Part shown: piece by piece, positions 1 to 9,399 of the stretch
How positions within the stretch are numbered: position 1 is the stretch's first letter
How the letters are laid out: each line of letters opens with the position of its first letter
NCBI GenBank assembly: GCA_947489705.1
Contig: CANLEQ010000007.1
Span: forward strand, 93,937-157,936
Direction: 5' to 3'
Source of the DNA: an uncultured Rhodobacteraceae bacterium
GTDB lineage: Bacteria; Pseudomonadota; Alphaproteobacteria; Rhodobacterales; Rhodobacteraceae
DNA length: 64,000 bases
Program-made: the position numbers and the translations under genes
Notes under the pieces: generated by a model
Seen by the model: only the letters and a program-made list of their open reading frames with translations
Told to the model about the DNA's origin: nothing
Database searches by the model: none

Positions 1-252
1 CGGACGCTGGTGCGCACGAAATGGCTGGTCCACCGCGACGCGGTCGAGGGTGAGGATTACGACCTCGACAACCTGATCTCGGTCTGGACCGCGACCAATG
101 CCGAGGACGCGCAGCTGGTCAAGATCGCCCATCAGGGGGCGTCCTCGGTCGGCTATCGCCAGGGGCCCTATTCCACCTTCACCGAGCGGCAGGTCAGCGA
201 TTTCACCCAATGGTATGTCGACCGGATGACGGCGCACGGATACGCGGCGTGA
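1..252 (+). CDS. Rieske-type non-haem iron oxygenase alpha subunit (GbcA/ring-hydroxylating-like), C-terminal fragment; 5' end outside window
   Basis: Frame 1 is open from base 1 to TGA 250-252. Unbiased composition (WTATNAEDAQLVKIAHQG...YSTFTERQVSDFTQWY) resembles C-termini of these oxygenases. The stop overlaps the GTG start of the reductase gene (GTGA 249-252). Confidence 0.55.
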   Translation, partial: RTLVRTKWLVHRDAVEGEDYDLDNLISVWTATNAEDAQLVKIAHQGASSVGYRQGPYSTFTERQVSDFTQWYVDRMTAHGYAA

Positions 253-1301
253 CGCAAGCCGATCTGGCCGCCTGGGGCGCGCGCCGGCGGCGCCGCTTTC
301 CCCCCGACCGCTGGGGTACGCTCGTCTGCCGCGCCGCCTGGGACGAGGTTCCGGGCGTGCGCACCTTCCTGCTGACCCCCGAGGACGGCAGCCGGATCGA
401 ACACGATCCGGGCCAGTTCATGACGTTCCGGATCGACGCGCCCGAGGGCCGGATCGAGCGGTGCTACACGATCGCGTCCTCGGCCGCGCGCGACGGCGGG
501 ATCGAGATCACGGTCAAGCGCCAGGCGGGCGTGGGATCGGCCATCCTGCACGAGACGCTGCATCCCGGCGCCGCGATCGAGGCGTTCGGACCTTCGGGCC
601 GGTTCGGGCCGGCGGCCTGGGGCGGCGATGCCTACGCGCTGATCGCGGCGGGAAGCGGCGTGACCCCGATGCTGTCGATTCTGCGCACGGCCGCCGATCG
701 CGGCATCGACCTCGATGCGGTGCTGATCCAGGCCGCACCCACGGCCGAGGACATGATCGCCGCGGACGAGATCGCAGCACTTCGCCGACGGCTGCCGCGG
801 CTGGTGGTGACGCAGGTGCCGACGCGCGGGCCGGGATCGGTACGCCCCGATCCGGAGATGCTGGTGCGCGCGCTGCCGGACCTCGCCGGGCGCACGGTGC
901 TCTGCTGCGGGCCGGCCGAGTTCATGGCGATGGTGCGCAACACCGCCCGCGAGGCCGGCGTACCGGCCGATCGCTACGGCGAGGAGAGCTTCGATTTCTC
1001 GTCGCCCCTGGCCGAGGTCGCGGCGGGCGCCGACACGCCGGTGCGCACCGTGACCTTCGCGCGGAGCGGCCGGACCTTCGATTGCGCCGAGACGACCACC
1101 ATCCTCGGCGCGGTGAAGGAAGCGGGCCTGCCCCTGCCCTCGTCATGTTCGCGCGGCATGTGCGGCACCTGCAAGACGTTCAAGCATTCGGGCGAGGTGA
1201 CGATGGCCCATGACGGCGGCATCCGGCAGCGCGAGATCGACCGCGGCTTCATCCTGCCCTGCGTAAGCCGGCCGCTGACCGATATCGTCCTTGATTGCTG
1301 A
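249..1301 (+). CDS. Oxygenase reductase component: FNR-like FAD/NAD(P)-binding domain plus C-terminal plant-type 2Fe-2S ferredoxin domain
   Basis: RCYTIAS (FAD RxYS motif), AAGSGVTPM (NAD-binding), CSRGMCGTCKT...LPC (2Fe-2S cysteines). Start placed at GTG 249 because of the GTGA overlap with the upstream oxygenase; the ORF-track start at 210 is an alternative. Confidence 0.85.
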   Translation: MTQADLAAWGARRRRRFPPDRWGTLVCRAAWDEVPGVRTFLLTPEDGSRIEHDPGQFMTFRIDAPEGRIERCYTIASSAARDGGIEITVKRQAGVGSAILHETLHPGAAIEAFGPSGRFGPAAWGGDAYALIAAGSGVTPMLSILRTAADRGIDLDAVLIQAAPTAEDMIAADEIAALRRRLPRLVVTQVPTRGPGSVRPDPEMLVRALPDLAGRTVLCCGPAEFMAMVRNTAREAGVPADRYGEESFDFSSPLAEVAAGADTPVRTVTFARSGRTFDCAETTTILGAVKEAGLPLPSSCSRGMCGTCKTFKHSGEVTMAHDGGIRQREIDRGFILPCVSRPLTDIVLDC

Positions 1302-1375
1302 ACGCGGGGCGCCCGGCCCTTCATAACCCCGGGCGATGATGCCATCCTCGCGCCACTGGGCGAAAGCGGGGCCTC

Positions 1376-2353
1376 ATGCGCGACATCAACCTCAAGGCGG
1401 CCGAATATTTCGAGGCGGTCGCGCGGCTCGGGACCGTGACGAAGGCGGCCGGAGAGCTCGGGATCTCGCCCTCCGCCGTCAGCCAGCAGATCAGGACGCT
1501 CGAGGCGCAGCTCGGCGTCAGGCTCTTCCGGCGCGAGCGCAAGCGCCTTGTCCTGACGCTCGACGGCGACCGCCTCTATCGCACCACGGCGCAGGCGCTG
1601 GGCGCCCTGCTCAATGCCCGCGCGGCGATCGCCCGGGGCCGCGACGTCAGCACGCTGACCATCCGCACCTCGCCGAGCTTCGGGGTGCGCTGGCTCGGGC
1701 CGCGGATCGCGGATTTCGCGGGCCTCCATCCCGACTGGAACATCCGCATCGATGCCACGCCGGATTTCACCGCCTTCGAGGCCGAGGCCGTGGATCTCGA
1801 CCTGCGCTACGGGCTCGGCGGGTGGGAGGGGCTTTCGGTCACCTGCGTGATGCGCGACACGGTGCTGCCGCTCTGCGCGCCGGATTACCTGGAGCGGCTG
1901 CGGGCGCTGTCGCCCGATCCGGCCGAGCAGTTGGCCGCCGCGCGCCTCATCGACAGCGTCAAGGCGGTCTATCGCTGGGACATCTGGCTCGCCGCGAACG
2001 GGATCGACCTGCCCGGGCTCAACTATCCGTTCCGCTTCGACCGCTCTTCGATGGCGATCGAGACGGCCAAGCAGGGGGCGGGCATCGCGCTCGACAGCGT
2101 GGCGCTGTGTCTGGGCGAGATCGAACAGGGCGCGCTTGTGCCGTTCTCGACCGACTTTCCGGCGATCGAGTTCGAGGCCTACTGGCTGGTCTGTCCCGCG
2201 CGGCATTTCAACCGCCGGATCGTGCGCAGCTTCGCCGACTGGCTGGGCGCGCGCAGCCGCGATCACGCGGCGCAGATGCGCGCCGTGCTTGCGGATCGCG
2301 GATGCAGCTTCCGCACGATCTCGGGCGCCGACCTGCTGGCCGCACCGATCTGA
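1376..2353 (+). CDS. LysR-family transcriptional regulator (GcvA-like)
   Basis: N-terminal wHTH AAGELGISPSAVSQQIRTLEAQLGVRLFRR followed by a LysR substrate-binding domain of typical length (325 aa). Confidence 0.9.
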   Translation: MRDINLKAAEYFEAVARLGTVTKAAGELGISPSAVSQQIRTLEAQLGVRLFRRERKRLVLTLDGDRLYRTTAQALGALLNARAAIARGRDVSTLTIRTSPSFGVRWLGPRIADFAGLHPDWNIRIDATPDFTAFEAEAVDLDLRYGLGGWEGLSVTCVMRDTVLPLCAPDYLERLRALSPDPAEQLAAARLIDSVKAVYRWDIWLAANGIDLPGLNYPFRFDRSSMAIETAKQGAGIALDSVALCLGEIEQGALVPFSTDFPAIEFEAYWLVCPARHFNRRIVRSFADWLGARSRDHAAQMRAVLADRGCSFRTISGADLLAAPI

Positions 2354-3106
2354 TCAGTGGATGTGCGAGCCGCCGTTCACGTCGAGCTCGGTCCCGGTGC
2401 AATAGGCCGAAAGATCCGAGGCCAGGAACAGGGCGCATCCCGCGACGTCGTCCGCCGCGCCGGCCCGGCCGAGCGGGATGCCGGCGAGAACCTGGGCCTT
2501 CTGCGCGTCGGTGAGCTTGCCGGCGGTGATGTCGGTCGCGATGAAACCGGGGCAGATCGCGTTGACGCGGATCCCGTCGGGGGCGACCTCGCGCGCGACA
2601 GCTTTGGTGAGGCCGAGGATCCCCGCCTTGGCCGCGGAGTAATGCGGCCCGCCGAAGATCCCGCCGCCGCGCTGTGCCGACACGGACGAGATGTTGACGA
2701 TGCTGCCCGCCCCGCTGTCGCGCATGCCCGGCAGGGCGGCCTGCGTCATGTAGAGCGTGCCGCGCAGGTTGACGTCGAGCACCGCATCGTAATTCGCAGG
2801 CGCCACATCCATGATCCTGAGCGGCTGGGTGATGCCCGCGTTGTTGACGAGCACGTCGATCCGCCCCCAGCGGCCCGTGAGCTCCGCGATCGCCGCCTCG
2901 CAGGCCGCCTTGTCGGTCACGTTGCAGGCTAGGCCCACATGGTTAGCCCCGAGCTCATGCGCGGCCTCTTCGGCCGCCGCGCGGTCGAGGTCGAGGATCG
3001 CGACGGTGGCGCCGTGCGCGGCGAACATCCGCGCCGTCGCGCGGCCGAGCCCCCGGGGCGACGCGGCCCCGGTGACGATCGCGAACTTACCGTCCAGAAG
3101 TGCCAT
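2354..3106 (-). CDS. Short-chain dehydrogenase/reductase (FabG-like)
   Basis: TGAASPRGLG cofactor motif, NNAG, catalytic YSAAK. SD-like GAGAGGG upstream of the ATG at 3106. Confidence 0.9.
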   Translation of the reverse strand: MALLDGKFAIVTGAASPRGLGRATARMFAAHGATVAILDLDRAAAEEAAHELGANHVGLACNVTDKAACEAAIAELTGRWGRIDVLVNNAGITQPLRIMDVAPANYDAVLDVNLRGTLYMTQAALPGMRDSGAGSIVNISSVSAQRGGGIFGGPHYSAAKAGILGLTKAVAREVAPDGIRVNAICPGFIATDITAGKLTDAQKAQVLAGIPLGRAGAADDVAGCALFLASDLSAYCTGTELDVNGGSHIH

Positions 3107-3118
3107 TCGGATGCCCTC

Positions 3119-4156
3119 TCAAAGCCAGCCGCGGATCTGCTCGACGACGCGGTCGCGCGAGATCCCGTACATGTCGTGCAATGTCGGCAACGCGCCCGCC
3201 TCGAGAAACTTGTCGGGCAGCGCGATGTTGCGGAAGGCGGGCGTGACGCCCGCGCACATGAGCGTGCGCGCGACGGCCTCGCCCAAGCCCCCCATGATCG
3301 TGTGGTTCTCGGCCGTGACGACCAGGCGCCCGCCCTTCCCGGCCTCGGCCAGGATCGTGTCGGTATCGAGCGGCTTGATCGTCGGCGTGTGCAGGACTGC
3401 CACCTCGATCCCGTCCTTTGCCAGGATCTCGGCCGCGTCGAGCGCGCGCATGGTCATGAAGCCCGTCGAGACGACGAGGACGTCCGTGCCCTCGCGGATC
3501 ATCTGAGCCTTCCCGAGCTCGAACTTGTAGTCGGGCTTGTGCCGCGTCAGCACCGAGGGGACCTTGCCGCGCGGCAGCCGCGCATAGACGGGGCCGGGAT
3601 CGGCGGCGATCTGGGGCACCATGCCCTGCACGTCGCAGGCATCGCAGGGATCGACGATCGTCAGGTGCGGCAATCCGCGGAAGATCGCGAGATCCTCGGT
3701 CGCCTGGTGGCTGGGGCCGTAGCCCGTCGAGAGCCCCGGCAAAGCACAGACCATCTTGACCGGCAGCATCTCCTCGACGATGGCCATGGCGATGAAATCG
3801 TAGGCCCGGCGCGAGGCGAAGACGGCGTAGGTCGTGGCGAAGGGAACGAACCCCTCGCGCGCGAGCCCCGCGGCGGCCGAGAAGAGCACCTGCTCGGCCA
3901 TGCCCATCTGGTAGAACCGGTCGGGCATCTCGTTCGCGAAGATATGCAGGTCGGTATATTTCGACAGGTCCGCCGAGAGGCCCACGATCCTGTCGTTGCG
4001 CCGTGCCTCCTCCACGAGGGCGTGGCCGAAGGGGGCCGGCACCGTGTCGTAGCCTTCGGCGTCGAGCGAGGCGATCATCGCCGAGGTCGCCTGGCGTTCC
4101 GCCTTGGGGATGACGCGGCGCGGCTCGTATTTGCGGGTGATGGAATCGACGGTCAT
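3119..4156 (-). CDS. Transketolase, C-terminal (pyrimidine-binding) subunit of a split transketolase
   Basis: MGMAEQ..., FATTYAVFASRRAYDFI and a C-terminal transketolase fold. Start MTVDSITRKY at 4156 overlaps the stop of the N-terminal subunit (ATGA). The longer track ORF (to 5035) is an out-of-context N-terminal extension across the neighbouring gene. Confidence 0.9.
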   Translation of the reverse strand: MTVDSITRKYEPRRVIPKAERQATSAMIASLDAEGYDTVPAPFGHALVEEARRNDRIVGLSADLSKYTDLHIFANEMPDRFYQMGMAEQVLFSAAAGLAREGFVPFATTYAVFASRRAYDFIAMAIVEEMLPVKMVCALPGLSTGYGPSHQATEDLAIFRGLPHLTIVDPCDACDVQGMVPQIAADPGPVYARLPRGKVPSVLTRHKPDYKFELGKAQMIREGTDVLVVSTGFMTMRALDAAEILAKDGIEVAVLHTPTIKPLDTDTILAEAGKGGRLVVTAENHTIMGGLGEAVARTLMCAGVTPAFRNIALPDKFLEAGALPTLHDMYGISRDRVVEQIRGWL

Positions 4157-5010
4157 TGCGGCTTTCCTTCTTCCAGCACGTCGAGCGCCTTTTGCCATTC
4201 GTCGGGCTCGACCCGGACGAAATGGGTGATCTCGCGATCCTCCAGGAAATCGACGCCCTTGCACATGGTCGTGTCGAAGATGATCACGCGGGGGCCTTCG
4301 TGATCGGCGTTGCGCGCGGTGTCGAGGGCGGCCACCACCGCCTCCAGGTCGTTGCCGTCGACGCGCTGCGCGTGCCAGCCAAAGGCCGCCCACTTGCCTT
4401 CCTCGGGCACGCGGGCGAGCGCCGCGGTGGTCTTGCCGTCGGCCTGCTGGTCGTTGAAATCGACGAGGCAGATCAGGTTGTCGAGCTTCCATTGCACGGC
4501 CGAGGCCGCGGCCTCCCAGGTCGATCCCTCGCCGCATTCGCCGTCGGACATGAGGTTGTAGACGAACGCGTCGCTCTGCTTGCGCTTGAGGCCCATCGCC
4601 ATGCCGACCGCGATACCGAGACCGTGCCCGAGCGAGCCGCCCGTGATCTCCATCCCCGGCGTGTAGGAAGCCATGCCCGACATCGGCATCCGGCTGTCGT
4701 CCATGCCGTAGGTCTCGAGCTCCTCCTCGGGCAGGATCCCCGCCTCCATCAGAACGGCATAGAGCGCGATGGCATAGTGACCGATGCTGAGGCAGAACCG
4801 GTCGCGATCCTCCCATTCGGGATCGTCGGGCCGGTGGTTCAGGGCGTGGAAATAGCTCGCGGCCAGCACGTCGGCGATTCCGAGTGCCTGGCCGATATAG
4901 CCCTGTCCCTGCACCTCGCCCATCCTGAGCGCCTTGCGGCGGATGTTCCACGCGCGCAATTCCAGCGACATGTTCGGAATTGCGCCCGCCTGTTGCGGTG
5001 AAGTCGCCAT
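4153..5010 (-). CDS. Transketolase, N-terminal (thiamine-diphosphate-binding) subunit
   Basis: GGSLGHGLGIAVGMA and SDGECGEGSTWEA (ThDP-binding GDG-type motif). Start MATSPQQ at 5010 preceded by GAGGGAGGA. Confidence 0.9.
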   Translation of the reverse strand: MATSPQQAGAIPNMSLELRAWNIRRKALRMGEVQGQGYIGQALGIADVLAASYFHALNHRPDDPEWEDRDRFCLSIGHYAIALYAVLMEAGILPEEELETYGMDDSRMPMSGMASYTPGMEITGGSLGHGLGIAVGMAMGLKRKQSDAFVYNLMSDGECGEGSTWEAAASAVQWKLDNLICLVDFNDQQADGKTTAALARVPEEGKWAAFGWHAQRVDGNDLEAVVAALDTARNADHEGPRVIIFDTTMCKGVDFLEDREITHFVRVEPDEWQKALDVLEEGKPQ

Positions 5011-5201
5011 GCTGATCCTCCCTCGATCCGGGCATCGCCGTCCTAGCATTGCCCGGGGCCTTCGTCAGTCAAGAAAATTGCAATAGATCGTAAGCTGCGC
5101 TTCACGGTGCGGACGCGTTGCGGGATCCCGCGCCGGGGGCTATGGCGGTGCGGGTGAGGTGGCGCCCGCCGCCAAGCGCAAACCATCCAGGGACAGGTTA
5201 C

Positions 5202-6635
5202 ATGGGCGTCCGGGTCGCATTGCTGAGCATGATCGTCTCGCGCGTGATCAGCCTACTGGTCATGCTGGTGAGCATCGCCGCCCTGGGACGGCTTCTCGAT
5301 GCCGAGGCTTTCGGCCATTTCGCGGTGCTCATCCCCATTTTCGCCCTGGCCAAGACGCTGAGCGAGTTCGGCTTGCGCTCGTATCTCGTGCGGACGCGCG
5401 AAATTTCCGGCCGCGATCTCGCGGAGGCGACTGGCCTGTCGGTCGCGATCGCGGCAGGGCTGGCGATCCTGTGGCTCGGCGCCGCCTGGGGCCTGCCGTC
5501 GGACATCGTGCCGCGCGCGCAGGCGCTGGCGGTGGTGCCGCTCGCGCTCGCGCTGCTTCTGGCCGCGCTCAATCTCGGGACCGAAGTGCGGCTTCAGCGC
5601 GACATCGACTTCGGCCTGATCTCGCGGATCGAGGTCGGACGTGTGGTTGCCGATGCCTCTATCGCGATCGCCCTCGCCTCTCTGGGGTTCGGCGTCACCG
5701 CGCTCGCCTGGGGGTTCTTCAGCGGACATCTGGCCTATAGCGGCGTGATTTTGCTGCGCGGCTCCGCGGGCGGCCGCATCTGGCCGCGGATGGGCGGCTG
5801 GCGCGCCTATTCCGGCTTCGGGGCCCGTATCACCACCACGCAGATCCTGCCGCCGTTGGGCGACATCGCCGTCGCGGCCACGGTCACCGCGTTGCTGGGG
5901 GCTGCGACGATGGGCCTTCTGAACCGCGCCCAGACGATCCAGAAGATCATGGACCGGACCTTGTTCGAGGGCATCCTGCCGGTGGTCCTGCCCGCGATGA
6001 GCGCGGCGCTCGCCCGCGGCGTGCCGCCGATCGACATCTACACCAGGCAGATCAAGTACCTCGTCGCGATCTGCTGGCCGGGCTTCGCGGCCATCGCTCT
6101 CCTGGCGGAGCCGCTGGTGATGGTCCTTCTGGGCGAGGATTGGAGCGCGGCGATCCCCGGCGTGCGCCTCCTCGCCTTCGCGGGGCTGGGCCTGCCCTTC
6201 ACCAAGATGAGCGCGAAGTTCTTCATCGCCATGGGACTGGAGCAGCCCTATCTCAGGATCAGCGTCGCGATGCAGGTCGTGCGCGTCGCGCTGGTCCTCT
6301 TCGCATCATTGGTGTCGTTCGAGATGGTCTGCCTCGCGATCTCGGTGGCCACCTGCTGGAAGGCTGCCGATGTCGGGCGGGCGATCAGGCGCGATGTCGG
6401 CCCGATGGGGCCGGACCGCAGCAGCGCCGCGCTGCAGGGAGCCGCCCTCTCGATCGCCGCGCTCGCGGGCCCGGCCTTTGCGCTGTGGCTCGATCTCTCC
6501 GCGCTCGCGACGCTGGTGATCGCGCTGCCCCTGGCCGTCCTCGGATGGGCGGCGGCGCTCTTCGCCGTGTCCCATCCGCTTGCCGACGAGCTTCGGGGGG
6601 TGATCGCGGAGCTTCGGCGCTGGCGCCGGCGGTGA
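5202..6635 (+). CDS. Polysaccharide flippase, MOP/Wzx-like polytopic membrane protein
   Basis: About 12-14 hydrophobic segments along the whole length with a Wzx-like N-terminal region (SRVISLLVMLVSIAALGRLLDAEAFGHFAV). Start chosen at the first ATG (5202); the TTG at 5118 is less likely. Confidence 0.7.
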   Translation: MGVRVALLSMIVSRVISLLVMLVSIAALGRLLDAEAFGHFAVLIPIFALAKTLSEFGLRSYLVRTREISGRDLAEATGLSVAIAAGLAILWLGAAWGLPSDIVPRAQALAVVPLALALLLAALNLGTEVRLQRDIDFGLISRIEVGRVVADASIAIALASLGFGVTALAWGFFSGHLAYSGVILLRGSAGGRIWPRMGGWRAYSGFGARITTTQILPPLGDIAVAATVTALLGAATMGLLNRAQTIQKIMDRTLFEGILPVVLPAMSAALARGVPPIDIYTRQIKYLVAICWPGFAAIALLAEPLVMVLLGEDWSAAIPGVRLLAFAGLGLPFTKMSAKFFIAMGLEQPYLRISVAMQVVRVALVLFASLVSFEMVCLAISVATCWKAADVGRAIRRDVGPMGPDRSSAALQGAALSIAALAGPAFALWLDLSALATLVIALPLAVLGWAAALFAVSHPLADELRGVIAELRRWRRR

Positions 6636-6657
6636 GACCCCCGCTGCGCGGGCAAAC

Positions 6658-7506
6658 TCAGTCGCGCCGGAACAGAAGGCTGTGCCCGGCGCGGCCTACA
6701 TCCTTCAGACCCGCGGCCCGGATCCTGCGCACCACCTCGAGCGAGCCCTGCGTCCCGATCAGGTCGGGATGCACCTCGACCAGAACCATCCGCAGAGTTG
6801 AAAGATCGGCAAAGCCGAAAAACTCGGTCTCGCCGCCCTGGATGTCGCAGACGAGGACGGTCGGCCGGTGACGTGCGCGTTCATCGTCGAACGCCTTGAC
6901 CGGCACCTCGACGGGACGGGTGCCCGGCCCCGACATATGTGCCGAAGAACGCGAGAACTTTTCCGCAACGTGGAACGTTCGCGTGCCGGCATGCTGTCCC
7001 ACCATTGCCATGATCAGCGTCGGGGTCACATCGTTGAGCGCGTAATTTTCGCGGATCAGCGTCTCCATCCCCGGGCTCGGTTCGTAGGAGACAACTCGGT
7101 CGCCACCTAGGCGCCGCGAGCAGTCGATCGCGACCATGCCGATGCCGCCGCCAAGCTCCATCACCCGGTCGTCATCCCGCAAGGCGCCGCGCAGCAGCGC
7201 GCGCTCGTGCTTCGTATGGCGGCCGCTTGCGAGCTTGCGGATGTTGTGCTCGGACATACGTGGATCGATCCGCATGCGGATACCGTCGATCTCGACCACG
7301 CTGCCCACCTCCGGCAGCGGCGCGGGATCGGGCCGCTGTTCGGGGCGGCGCCCGAGAAGCTTCTGCGCTCGTCCGTAGGAGCCCGGCGAGATTTGTTCCC
7401 ATGCGCGCGTTACGCGCGCGTACCCGCCAAGCGCACGGTGGCGCGCGCGCTCCATCGCCAGCTCCGCCGCGAATGAATAATCGTTCATCGTTCCGCGCAG
7501 GTTCAT
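6658..7506 (-). CDS. FkbM-family SAM-dependent methyltransferase
   Basis: MELGGGIGMVAIDC (SAM motif I) and C-terminal VLVCDIQGGETEFF...VEVHP, typical of the FkbM family. GGGAGG SD 8 nt upstream of the ATG at 7506. Confidence 0.85.
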   Translation of the reverse strand: MNLRGTMNDYSFAAELAMERARHRALGGYARVTRAWEQISPGSYGRAQKLLGRRPEQRPDPAPLPEVGSVVEIDGIRMRIDPRMSEHNIRKLASGRHTKHERALLRGALRDDDRVMELGGGIGMVAIDCSRRLGGDRVVSYEPSPGMETLIRENYALNDVTPTLIMAMVGQHAGTRTFHVAEKFSRSSAHMSGPGTRPVEVPVKAFDDERARHRPTVLVCDIQGGETEFFGFADLSTLRMVLVEVHPDLIGTQGSLEVVRRIRAAGLKDVGRAGHSLLFRRD

Positions 7507-7520
7507 CCCGCGACCTCCCG

Positions 7521-8267
7521 TTACTTGATCGCCAGGAAACCTTCAAAGCAAAGATGTTTAAAGACCGTCATCTTGTCGTTGAACCCCGCACGGGCCATCA
7601 TGTCCATATTCGCCTGGCTCGAAAACGGCTCGAGAACACCCTTGAGGCTGCGGGTCTTATGCACGATCTCCGCCTCGCCGAGGCCGTTATCGAGTTTAAA
7701 ATCGGTGTAGAGCGTGCTCATCATGTCCTGGAAGCGCGCATCCGGGGCGCGAACCTTCTCGAACATCACGAAGGCGCCGCCCCAGTTGAGGGTCGCGTAG
7801 ATCTTGTCAAACAGTGCCTGACGGCGGGCCGGGCGTACGAACTGGACGGTGTAATACGAGACGATCATGTCCATCGGCTCGATCTCGGCCGTGAGCGCGT
7901 CGTCGTGCCGGATCTCGATCTCGTCGATGCCGTCGCAATTGCGCCGCGCGGCCGCGACCATGTCCGCGTCGATCTCCATCCCAACGAGCCGCACGCCCTT
8001 GCCCTTGTGCCATTCGGCGAGTTTGCGCGTCAGCGCCCCGGTCGAACAGCCGATCTCGAGCGCCGCGGCGTGTTCGTGCAAGAACCAGTCCGACATCCGG
8101 GCGACGATGTCGTGGCCCTCGCGGTAATGCGGGACCGACAGGGATATGTGATCCTCGAACGTTTCGGCGACGCGGCCACCGAAGCTCCACCTCCCGTTAT
8201 CGGCACTGATGTTCTGGCCCACGCCGGGCGGTGTGCCGGGCACGGTCTTTGGAACGGTATCGCTCAT
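7521..8267 (-). CDS. CmoA-family class I SAM-dependent enzyme (carboxy-SAM synthase homologue or methyltransferase)
   Basis: Collinear with my recollection of E. coli CmoA over its full length: WSFGGRVAETFEDHISLSVPHY, EIGCSTGA, YYTVQFVRPARRQALFDKIY...GGAFVMFEKV, C-terminal ...FEGFLAIK. Start MSDTV at 8267 preceded by GAGGAA. Confidence 0.8.
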   Translation of the reverse strand: MSDTVPKTVPGTPPGVGQNISADNGRWSFGGRVAETFEDHISLSVPHYREGHDIVARMSDWFLHEHAAALEIGCSTGALTRKLAEWHKGKGVRLVGMEIDADMVAAARRNCDGIDEIEIRHDDALTAEIEPMDMIVSYYTVQFVRPARRQALFDKIYATLNWGGAFVMFEKVRAPDARFQDMMSTLYTDFKLDNGLGEAEIVHKTRSLKGVLEPFSSQANMDMMARAGFNDKMTVFKHLCFEGFLAIK

Positions 8268-8376
8268 ATTGATTTCCTCATGCGGCCACGGGTGCAAATA
8301 CCCGTCACGGATGACGACACTACGTCAACCGCCGAATTCCACCCGACCCGCCGCAGGCCGAAGGTGCGGGCGACGC

Positions 8377-9399
8377 TCACGACATATGCCTGTCCTGCCG
8401 GCGGACCATTGCGGCATTGACCAGCCGCTCTGGGAACATGCTGGCACGGGCGAGCTTGCGGGCGAGCTTGTCGTTCTTGCCGATGACGGGCACGCCGCGC
8501 ATCAGGGGCACCAGCATGCCCTGCATCCGGCGCATGGCATAGATCCCCTTCTTCGACTGCACGTAATCGGGCTTCGTGCGCAGACCCCACTTGGCGATGA
8601 AATGCTCCAGGCTGCGGGTGCCGTAGGCATCCGACCAGCGCAGCGCGAAGAACGGCCAATCCTCGCGGTTCATCGGTCGCGCGCGGCAGGGGAAGACGTA
8701 AGTCACGACCGAGGCGGGCTCGAACCAGACGGTGCCGCCGGCCTGGCGCACGCTCATCGAGAAGTCGATATGCTCCTTGGTCGACATCAGCTTCTCGTCG
8801 AGCGGTCCGACCTTGTCGAAGACGCTCCGCCGCGCCAGGGCGCAGTGGAACTCGCACATTCCGGTCTCCTTGCGCTCGAGCCGGTCCTGCCAGTCCGAGA
8901 CCTTCTCGGCATGGCCGTGCATCACCTCGTCGAAGGCGCGGCCGAGTTCGGGATTGCCCTCGAAGAAGCCGGCCATGTCGCCGCCCTCCGCGTAATCGCC
9001 GCCGGCATGGTGGATCTCGGTATGGGCGGGCATCCCCTGACAGGTGAGAGGCGCCACGATGTCGGCCCCGGTCTCGTCGGCGCAGGCGACCAGCGGCTCG
9101 AGCCAGTTGTCGGTAAAGAGCACGTCATTGTCGATGAAGACGACATAATCCGTCTTCGCTTCGGCAACACCGATATTGCGCGCCTGATTGGGGGTCAGGA
9201 ACCGCTCCTTGCGAATCAGGCGGAAGCCGCGCGTATCGGCCTCGCGGCGCAGCACCTCCGCCACGCGCGGCGGCGAATTGCCGTCCACGTAGATCACGTC
9301 CATGCCCGTAGTATGGGCATAGAGGCTTTCGAGCGATTCTTCGGTCATGCCGAAACGCTCGCGCTGGGTGATGATGATCGTCACTCGTGGGTCGGTCAT
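8377..9399 (-). CDS. Glycosyltransferase family 2
   Basis: VTIIITQRERF..., VDGNSP, FIDNDV (DxD). Start at 9399 preceded by AGGAGA, with ATGA overlap to the upstream GT4 stop. Confidence 0.85.
   Translation of the reverse strand: MTDPRVTIIITQRERFGMTEESLESLYAHTTGMDVIYVDGNSPPRVAEVLRREADTRGFRLIRKERFLTPNQARNIGVAEAKTDYVVFIDNDVLFTDNWLEPLVACADETGADIVAPLTCQGMPAHTEIHHAGGDYAEGGDMAGFFEGNPELGRAFDEVMHGHAEKVSDWQDRLERKETGMCEFHCALARRSVFDKVGPLDEKLMSTKEHIDFSMSVRQAGGTVWFEPASVVTYVFPCRARPMNREDWPFFALRWSDAYGTRSLEHFIAKWGLRTKPDYVQSKKGIYAMRRMQGMLVPLMRGVPVIGKNDKLARKLARASMFPERLVNAAMVRRQDRHMS

Noticed and set aside
3119-5035. Track ORFs that fuse a real gene to a long N-terminal extension (3119-5035, 15213-17822, 18781-21189, 20922-21809, 22759-24699, 23412-25925, 24818-28309, 31372-32613, 34115-34885, 37310-38866, 40723-42414, 47135-48622, 52663-54579, 53631-56219)
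   Set aside because: The extensions run through the neighbouring gene in another frame and are compositionally shadow-like. Internal starts with SD sequences or 4-nt stop/start overlaps give proteins of canonical length.
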